The notes under the pieces were generated by a model that saw only the letters and a list, made by a program, of their open reading frames with translations, made no database searches and was not told the origin of the DNA. From Bdellovibrionales bacterium (GTDB lineage Bacteria > Bdellovibrionota > Bdellovibrionia > Bdellovibrionales > UBA840), in NCBI GenBank assembly GCA_037969075.1, contig JBBKWS010000121.1, positions 1 to 12,468 on the forward strand: DNA of 12,468 nucleotides, written 5' to 3'. This document shows positions 1 to 6,195 of this stretch, piece by piece. The stretch's first letter is position 1. Every line of letters starts with the position of its first letter. A program made the translations under genes and the position numbers.

Positions 1-17
1 TTGCCAAAGATGTCAGT

Positions 18-45
18 ATATCGAAAGATTTAATTAATTACTTCA
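18..45 (-). promoter_or_regulatory. Possible sigma28 (FliA)-like promoter firing out of the left edge of the window
   Basis: Minus strand reads TGAAGTAA (45-38), N12, TTCGATAT (25-18). Spacing matches the two better sigma28-like sites at 1102-1129 and 11581-11608. The target gene is not visible. Confidence 0.3.
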
Positions 46-1094
46 ATAGACTTATAGCAATATTCAGTTTCAAAATTACGGTCAGTTTGATGTACTCGCC
101 CACGCCCATTGATGATTCCCTCTTTTCGAGACCTTACATCTTCACGGTACTCACTTCTTACTTGCACAAGTCTTGAGGTCAACAGTGCTCGTAATTTTTG
201 TTCTTCAGTGGCATTTGGATTAGCAGCGATAAATGTACGGTAGTCATTAAAGTTTTTTTGATAAAAACCACCGTTTTGAACAACAATATCAAACATAAAA
301 AGATATGACCTAATTTCTGTAAGTCCAAATGTGTTTACATAACCAAGTGCTTTGTTATGTAAAACCCTAGCGGCTGTAAACTGTAAATCTCTATACTCAC
401 TACTAGCTGCCATTGCTTGCAGTTGCGATTTCCAATCAGCTTTAAATGTTCTGCCATTAGAATCTTGATAAATGGTGTTAACCGCCCAAGCCACCGACTT
501 TGTTTCGGCTGCGCCTAATATCTCTATAACCTGACCGTCATCTAGTGAGCTTAAGACCGAATCATCACGGGCAAATAAGTTTGAATCCACCACTTCATTA
601 ACAATAAATCCTGTGTCAGTTTTCCATTGCAAGGACATAGCTTTAATCGAACTGTAGTTTGCTGAGCTATATTGCGTCTTCATCTTTACTTCATGTTTTT
701 CAAGCATGCGCACTAAGAGGGGCTGTAAACTTCCGGTACCTAGAGTTTGATTTAATAAGCCTAAACTAAGTCCCATACCATCAAAGTTATTGGTGATATT
801 TTTCCAACCTTGTACACCTTCAAAACTAGCAGATATATTTAAACCTAGCGCAAAGGCATTCACCTCTATATCAGATAAATCACGAGGTGCGATCATATTG
901 CTAAAATCTAAAGTGGAGCAAATGAATAATTTTTCATCTAAGAGCGCACCCTCTTCATCAATAATAGGTGCTGGCGTCGAAGGTACATCTCCATTGGAAT
1001 CTTCTGTGGATGGCAACTGGTTTGTAAGTGAAGTAGCTTGATTATTACAAGCGATCAAAGGTAGTGATAAACAAAGAAGCAATAGCCATTTCAT
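30..1094 (-). CDS. Lipoprotein with putative lysozyme-like (GH46 chitosanase-like) glycoside hydrolase domain
   Basis: 354-aa ORF. Signal peptide with lipobox LIA-C16, then a Pro/Ser/Thr linker. Motif ISASFE92G..W...NFD105GMGLSLG resembles the GH46 catalytic segment (E...DGRGYTGG), and FDIVVQNG resembles the GH46 C-lobe YDxxxxHG. The CDS is confident; the function is by motif recall only. Confidence 0.7.
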   Translation of the reverse strand: MKWLLLLCLSLPLIACNNQATSLTNQLPSTEDSNGDVPSTPAPIIDEEGALLDEKLFICSTLDFSNMIAPRDLSDIEVNAFALGLNISASFEGVQGWKNITNNFDGMGLSLGLLNQTLGTGSLQPLLVRMLEKHEVKMKTQYSSANYSSIKAMSLQWKTDTGFIVNEVVDSNLFARDDSVLSSLDDGQVIEILGAAETKSVAWAVNTIYQDSNGRTFKADWKSQLQAMAASSEYRDLQFTAARVLHNKALGYVNTFGLTEIRSYLFMFDIVVQNGGFYQKNFNDYRTFIAANPNATEEQKLRALLTSRLVQVRSEYREDVRSRKEGIINGRGRVHQTDRNFETEYCYKSIEVIN

Positions 1095-1101
1095 ATATTA
1101 T

Positions 1102-1129
1102 GTTTCGGAGACCCATATGAAAGACTTTA
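1102..1129 (-). promoter_or_regulatory. Sigma28 (FliA)-like promoter, probably leaderless transcript
   Basis: Minus strand: TAAAGTCT (1129-1122), N12, TCCGAAAC (1109-1102), against the consensus TAAAGTTT-N11-GCCGATAA. Only 7 nt (ATAATAT) separate it from the ATG at 1094, and there is no SD. Confidence 0.55.
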
Positions 1130-1301
1130 TGGTTATTATTTCTGTACAAAGGTTCAGCGAAATACTTCAGTTTTAAGAAATATAAGACGTATGGCTAGAG
1201 TGTTTTTGCTTGTTCCCATGTGAGTGCAGAATACAGAAATTTATGACCATTACGGATTGAGAAAAGTATATCTTAATGAATTCTTACTATTTGTAATCAG
1301 C

Positions 1302-1316
1302 GTCTCAATTTGAGAC
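1302..1316. promoter_or_regulatory. Perfect palindrome GTCTCAA-T-TTGAGAC, candidate upstream activator site for the sigma54 promoter
   Basis: 7-bp perfect inverted repeat about 100 bp upstream of the -24 box. Degenerate copies occur at 1358-1372 and 9413-9427. Confidence 0.6.
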
Positions 1317-1357
1317 ATTTTATATCCTTTTACAGCTGTTAACTAGTTATTCAGGCA

Positions 1358-1372
1358 GTCCCTATTTGAGAA
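1358..1372. promoter_or_regulatory. Degenerate second copy of the GTCTCA-N3-TGAGAC element
   Basis: GTCCCTATTTGAGAA matches GTCTCAATTTGAGAC at 12 of 15 positions. Confidence 0.45.
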
Positions 1373-1413
1373 TAAAAAGCTTAGTTATTTTATATAGTTA
1401 ACGCTGCCCTCTT

Positions 1414-1429
1414 CGGCACAGCCTTTGCT
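1414..1429 (+). promoter_or_regulatory. Sigma54 (RpoN) -24/-12 promoter of the S8 peptidase
   Basis: CGGCAC-AGCCT-TTGCT with exact GG-N10-GC spacing (GG 1415-1416, GC 1427-1428). Predicted TSS is near 1440, RBS GGGGGA at 1449-1454, ATG at 1458. Confidence 0.8.
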
Positions 1430-1457
1430 TTATAAGTTCTTATAGTTCGGGGGAATT

Positions 1458-2666
1458 ATGAATATGAAATCAAAATTATGCGTTTTAACAGTGAGTCTTA
1501 TGGTAACCGCCTACGGTTTAACTGAATGCTATAACGTTTTATCTAAAGAGGATAAGATGCCAGCAAGCCTTGGCGTAATTAAGGGTGCCGTAGAAAACAC
1601 TTCTTCAGAAAAAAGCGTTTTAATGAACGATCCTTCCATGAAATTAAACTGGGGCTTTGACGACTCTTTGAAAGCCACTATTAATGCATCAAAAGCATGG
1701 GAAATCACCAGAGGCAGCAAAGAAATTATAGTTGCGATCATTGATACAGGCATTGATATAAATCACCCAGACATAAAAAATAATTTATGGACAAGTAAAA
1801 CTGGCACTCATGGTTGGAACTTTGTAGCCAACAATGCAGATCTAACAGATAACCACGGTCACGGTACTCACATTGCGGGAATCGTTGGCGCTGAAGGTGG
1901 TAATGGTATTGGTATTAGTGGAGTTGCCCCAAAGGTTAGCTTAATGATTCTTAAGTATTATGACCCAAAAGCTGCTTATAATAATAATTTAGCCAATACT
2001 ATCAAAGCGATTCGTTATGCTACAGAAAATGGAGCACACATTATCAACTATTCTGGTGGTGGCTTAGAGTTTAGTAAAGATGAATACAATGCCATCAATG
2101 ATGCACGCAAAAAAGGAATTCTATTTATCGCAGCCGCAGGGAACGAGAAGAGTAATTCAGATAAATCTCGCTACTACCCTGCAAATTACGATTTAGATAA
2201 TATAATATCTGTAACAGCCATCAATACAGAGGCTAAGGTATTAGACAGTTCTAACTACGGCGCACACACTGTACACATAGCAGCTCCAGGTAAAAATATC
2301 TTCTCTACTATTCCTGGTGGAAAATACGCCCCGATGACTGGAACTTCACAAGCCACAGCTTTTGTAAGTGGTGTAGCAGCACTTTTGTTAGCTAGTAATA
2401 AATCATATGATTATTTACAAGTTAAAAAGCAAATTCTATCTACAGCAGATTACATGGATGAGCTTAAAGATAAAAATCAAACCTCAGGTAAGTTGAACTC
2501 GTGGGCTGCGCTTGCAATGCAAGATGATGTAACTATCAGCGGTCTAAAAACAACATCACAACAACGATTTTTTGCCGCGGCAACTGATGCTGCTCCAAAT
2601 GCAGAGGCCACTACAAACATTACTGACTTAAATAAAATTATAGAGATGTTCGAAAAACAATTATAA
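1458..2666 (+). CDS. Secreted S8 (subtilisin-family) serine peptidase
   Basis: Catalytic triad motifs AIID96TG, H135GTHIAG and GTS297QAT, oxyanion AAAGN229, N-terminal signal peptide, good RBS. Confidence 0.96.
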   Translation: MNMKSKLCVLTVSLMVTAYGLTECYNVLSKEDKMPASLGVIKGAVENTSSEKSVLMNDPSMKLNWGFDDSLKATINASKAWEITRGSKEIIVAIIDTGIDINHPDIKNNLWTSKTGTHGWNFVANNADLTDNHGHGTHIAGIVGAEGGNGIGISGVAPKVSLMILKYYDPKAAYNNNLANTIKAIRYATENGAHIINYSGGGLEFSKDEYNAINDARKKGILFIAAAGNEKSNSDKSRYYPANYDLDNIISVTAINTEAKVLDSSNYGAHTVHIAAPGKNIFSTIPGGKYAPMTGTSQATAFVSGVAALLLASNKSYDYLQVKKQILSTADYMDELKDKNQTSGKLNSWAALAMQDDVTISGLKTTSQQRFFAAATDAAPNAEATTNITDLNKIIEMFEKQL

Positions 2667-2676
2667 GACCACACAC

Positions 2677-2720
2677 GCAAGGTCGGCACGCATTTCCCCC
2701 GCCGGCCTTGCAACTTTTTT
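2677..2720 (+). terminator. Intrinsic terminator after the peptidase (between convergent genes)
   Basis: Stem GCAAGGTCGGC (2677-2687) pairs with GCCGGCCTTGC (2701-2711) with one G-U wobble and a 13-nt loop, followed by AACTTTTTT. Confidence 0.75.
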
Positions 2721-4065
2721 ACAGAAAACTAAGCACATCCCATATCGCTGGCACCTGTCCAGATCCAGTAAAACTAATATTATGCAGCAGTAATGGAGTC
2801 ATTACCTCATCCTTGGTTGGTCCTCCATGTTGACCAATATACTTTGATGAAAAGCTCCAATTACTTTTAGGTATAAACATCACCTGTGGTGGAGTAGAAA
2901 TCTGAAAATAGTAAACTAAATTTGGTATAAAGTAGGGATAGAATAAATTGTCAATCTGCGTTGTTACTGCTTCTGGGCAGTACCATTTATTTTGATCCAA
3001 AGAGAATGATTTCGAATTAAACTTACAGGGCGTATCTTTAGATAAAAATACAGTACTAACAAAGTTTTTTGAATGAATCATAAACTTATTTTCACCCTTA
3101 GTGACTATCGTCTCAATTCCTGGAGCCAAAAGATATTTTTGTAAGATCTTTTGCATTTTAGCCTCTGGCCAATCTGCAGATGCAAATAAGGATGCATACC
3201 TACCTTCATTTAGCACAGTAATGTTTTTATCATCACGGCTTAATGCCCGCTCTAAATCAAAAACCTTAGAAATGGTTTGCTGACCATGATCAGCCGTTAA
3301 TATACTTAGTACATTTCGCTTTTTTTCTCTTTGTAGTAGATCAAATATAGGCCCTAACTCTTTGTCTAAAAATCGTAAATAACTTTGACTCAAAACACTT
3401 TCAGCTCCAGCATCGTGGTTGGTAAAATCAACACCTATCAAGTGAACAAATATAAAGTCTGGCCAATCTTGCGTTTTATTTTGTGTTAACAATATACGCA
3501 AAGCCTCTAACTGCTTTGCATCTACATATTTATAGTTTTTCTCGTAGATAGACAGGGCTGATTTACTATCACTTTTACCGATATGCGCACTCACATCAGA
3601 GAAATAGGGATAACTAATACTAACGGTCTTTAAGCCTTTTTTTTGAAACTCCGAGAATATGGTCTTGCCCGCAATCAATTGATTAAGTTCTGGGTAATAC
3701 GTTGGCTTTTCAAAAAAAACTCTCTCACCCTTCTGAATTAAAGTATTACTGTAAACACCGTGAGATGAAACTGGAGACCCCGTTAAAAGAGAAGTTATAG
3801 AAGGAAATGTAACACTAGGAAAACCCGTGTGCGCGTAAGACATTTTTTTACCGTTTAAATAAAACTTTTCTATATTTGGTAATTTTCTCTTATTCAGTTC
3901 TGATTGCAGCTGCTTAGAACTTAGTCCATCAATTAAAAAAACAACTACAGTACGGTTACTAGTATTTCCATTGTTGTATTTAAGTGATAACCCATATTCT
4001 GAATTTAGATTTTGCCTAGTTGAACAAGACACCATTACTAAACTTAGAAAGATTAGAAGTCTCAT
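2719..4065 (-). CDS. Alkaline phosphatase superfamily (type I phosphodiesterase / nucleotide pyrophosphatase) lipoprotein
   Basis: Metal-binding and nucleophile motifs FLIDGL, FPSVTFPSITSLLTG (Thr nucleophile), DFTNH, TADHG and GQHGG. Lipobox MVS-C14. Confidence 0.9.
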   Translation of the reverse strand: MRLLIFLSLVMVSCSTRQNLNSEYGLSLKYNNGNTSNRTVVVFLIDGLSSKQLQSELNKRKLPNIEKFYLNGKKMSYAHTGFPSVTFPSITSLLTGSPVSSHGVYSNTLIQKGERVFFEKPTYYPELNQLIAGKTIFSEFQKKGLKTVSISYPYFSDVSAHIGKSDSKSALSIYEKNYKYVDAKQLEALRILLTQNKTQDWPDFIFVHLIGVDFTNHDAGAESVLSQSYLRFLDKELGPIFDLLQREKKRNVLSILTADHGQQTISKVFDLERALSRDDKNITVLNEGRYASLFASADWPEAKMQKILQKYLLAPGIETIVTKGENKFMIHSKNFVSTVFLSKDTPCKFNSKSFSLDQNKWYCPEAVTTQIDNLFYPYFIPNLVYYFQISTPPQVMFIPKSNWSFSSKYIGQHGGPTKDEVMTPLLLHNISFTGSGQVPAIWDVLSFL

Positions 4066-4595
4066 TAAACCTGCCTAGATTTCATAAAATGACGAAAGCC
4101 AGCCCCAAGGCAAATCAGTAATACACCTGGAATAAATAAATTTTGCTTAAATACAAACCCCATACATAAAATAGCGACACCTAACATCATCACTATTCCA
4201 GAAATGCCACCGCCCCTCGATTTTTCAACAACTCGCTTTTGCTGCAAAATAACAACTGTAGCTAAGTTAATTATCTTCTCTTGCATTTCTTTTGCCATAA
4301 TATCTTCAGGGTTTACTTCTAATAACTTTCGGTATTGTTGCGAAGCAAACGGCAATCTTTTTTTAGCCATAGCCCGCTGCAAGAATTTTTCATGTTTATC
4401 TTTATTCTCATAATCAGTAACTAGCTCTTGCCAATTTTGCAGCAGTTCAATATCCACATTGGCCTGAGGCCCATTAACCATATCTTTAGGTATAACCTTG
4501 TCATAGATTACCCCGCAATAAGGGCATTCTTTGATATCTAAATGTCTAGGTTCACTACAATTTGGGCATTTTTCAAATTTACTTATATTACTCAT
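4065..4595 (-). CDS. Hypothetical membrane protein: N-terminal zinc ribbon, TPR-like helices, two C-terminal TM segments
   Basis: CPNC-x11-CPYC. TPR-like stretch ASQQYRKLLEVNPED. Two hydrophobic segments near the C-terminus. Its stop overlaps the phosphodiesterase start (TAATG at 4067-4063). Confidence 0.85.
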   Translation of the reverse strand: MSNISKFEKCPNCSEPRHLDIKECPYCGVIYDKVIPKDMVNGPQANVDIELLQNWQELVTDYENKDKHEKFLQRAMAKKRLPFASQQYRKLLEVNPEDIMAKEMQEKIINLATVVILQQKRVVEKSRGGGISGIVMMLGVAILCMGFVFKQNLFIPGVLLICLGAGFRHFMKSRQV

Positions 4596-4604
4596 AATAA
4601 ACCT

Positions 4605-4655
4605 ATCCTAACACTCATAATAGGATTTGCAACCTAGTGAAAACTTAGATTTAAT
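4605..4655. promoter_or_regulatory. Divergent sigma70-type promoters sharing a palindromic -35 (TTGCAA 4627-4632)
   Basis: Plus strand: TTGCAA-N17-TTTAAT (4650-4655), then 7 nt to ATG 4663. Minus strand: TTGCAA-N16-TAGGAT (4610-4605), then 9 nt to ATG 4595. Confidence 0.5.
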
Positions 4656-4662
4656 CGTTTAT

Positions 4663-6195
4663 ATGAAAGATATTAAAAATAGGCCAATTCTCTTATCTAT
4701 TATTGCAGGCATTCTAATAGGGTTTTCTTACATCCCAGGCCCCATATTTCTAAGTTGGATTGCATTTATTCCTCTGTTTTACCTACTAACAGGAAGCGCC
4801 TCTCTTAAAAAAATTATCTTTGGCACTTGGATCACGCAATTTTTATTAACTCTTATTGGATTTCATTGGATCGGATACACCATAAGTGAATTTGGCCAGA
4901 TGCCAGCATGGGTTGGTTATGCGGGTCTATTGGGATTCTGTGCCTTTGCAAATACTCATTTTATAGTGGCAGCCGTTATCTACCGAAAAACTATACGTCG
5001 CCATAGCACGCTATCACTATCTTGGTTTGCCCTACTGTTTGTTAGTTTAGAAATTTTCTTTCCTATGATTTTTCCTTGGAGTATGGGCTACACTTGGATG
5101 CCAACATTTTTACCTATAAAACAATTGGCAGATACCATAGGAGTTTACGGGCTAAGCATTATCACCGTACTTATCAACGTTTGGATTTATGCCCTAATAG
5201 AACTTAAAGAAAAAAAGAAATTAATCCTTATAGGTATCGGCAGCTTTACGCTTCTTAATATGGTCGGCCTTGTTAAAGAGCGTATGTGGCAAGGGTCCGA
5301 CCGAACCTTAAGGGCCCTTGTAGTGCAAGCAAACATTGGAAACTTACTAAAGTATAAAGCTGAAAAAGAGGGTAAGTTTCAAACTGAAATTATCAATGAG
5401 TATATCGCAATGACTACTGAAGCCTTAAAAGATGAAAAAGTAGATCTGATTGTTTGGCCAGAAACTGCGATGCCAATATTTTTAAACTTAGGTCGAATGG
5501 ACTCAGCCCATACAAAAAGAATTGCTGACATTACAAGAATCTACAATGCCGAAATATTTACTGGCACCTACAGCTATAAGGGTGAGGATATATTTAATAG
5601 TATCGCTTATATTTCAAACCAAGGGTTAGTAACGCATTTATATAGTAAAAGTATTTTATTGGCATTTGGCGAATACTTTCCTGGTACTGAGCACTCCCCA
5701 TTTTTAAAAAATCTAGTTGAGAAAATTGTTCCTGCAGTGTCGCACTTTGCTAGAGGGCCAGGTCCATCGGTTTTTAAAACTCAACCTAATTTTATAGTAG
5801 GACCGCAAGTCTGCTACGAAGGGCTTGATACTTTTTATAATCAAAAAATAGTAAAGCAAGGGGCTCATATACTAATAAATGTAACCAATGACTCATGGTT
5901 TGGTTCTACCTTTGAACCTCACCAACATTTACACATGACCTTAGCTCGTGCGATTGAATATCGTAGGCCAATGATACGCTCTACTAATACTGGGATAAGC
6001 ACTACTATTACGGCATCAGGTAAAATCTTGGAACAGTCCCCGATAAATCAAAAATGGTCAAAAATTTATGAAATTCCTTTATTGGTTAACCCTGGTCAAT
6101 CCATTTACGGAATAACTGCTTCCCTTCAGGCCTATCTTTTGCTACTTGTTACCGCACTAGTTGGTATTTATGGTAAAAAGAGGAAACATTTTTGA
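4663..6195 (+). CDS. lnt: Apolipoprotein N-acyltransferase
   Basis: Multi-TM N-terminus (FHWI, FPW, QLAD.IGVYGLS), VQANI, nitrilase triad motifs WPE / YSK.ILLAFGEY / QVCYE, TNDSWF, ARAIE.RR..RSTNTGIS. Start moved from TTG 4627, which coincides with the -35 box, to ATG 4663. Confidence 0.97.
   Translation: MKDIKNRPILLSIIAGILIGFSYIPGPIFLSWIAFIPLFYLLTGSASLKKIIFGTWITQFLLTLIGFHWIGYTISEFGQMPAWVGYAGLLGFCAFANTHFIVAAVIYRKTIRRHSTLSLSWFALLFVSLEIFFPMIFPWSMGYTWMPTFLPIKQLADTIGVYGLSIITVLINVWIYALIELKEKKKLILIGIGSFTLLNMVGLVKERMWQGSDRTLRALVVQANIGNLLKYKAEKEGKFQTEIINEYIAMTTEALKDEKVDLIVWPETAMPIFLNLGRMDSAHTKRIADITRIYNAEIFTGTYSYKGEDIFNSIAYISNQGLVTHLYSKSILLAFGEYFPGTEHSPFLKNLVEKIVPAVSHFARGPGPSVFKTQPNFIVGPQVCYEGLDTFYNQKIVKQGAHILINVTNDSWFGSTFEPHQHLHMTLARAIEYRRPMIRSTNTGISTTITASGKILEQSPINQKWSKIYEIPLLVNPGQSIYGITASLQAYLLLLVTALVGIYGKKRKHF

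Noticed and set aside
790..1041. 83-aa plus-strand ORF
   Set aside because: Antisense shadow inside the 354-aa lipoprotein gene, with no RBS or motif.
1192..1210. TGGC...TTGCT resembling a sigma54 promoter
   Set aside because: GG-to-GC spacing is 13, not the required 10.
1518..1529. Possible lipobox (LTEC24) in the S8 peptidase
   Set aside because: Glu at -1 does not fit a lipobox. Signal peptidase I cleavage near AYG is more plausible.
2684..2698. CGGCACGCATTTCCC as a third sigma54 site
   Set aside because: No GC at -12, it lies in the terminator stem, and no plus-strand gene follows.
1529..2713. Minus-strand ORFs 1529-1753 and 2477-2713
   Set aside because: Antisense to the well-supported peptidase and its terminator.
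3101..4413. Plus-strand ORFs 3101-3283 and 4204-4413
   Set aside because: Antisense shadows of the phosphodiesterase and zinc-ribbon genes.
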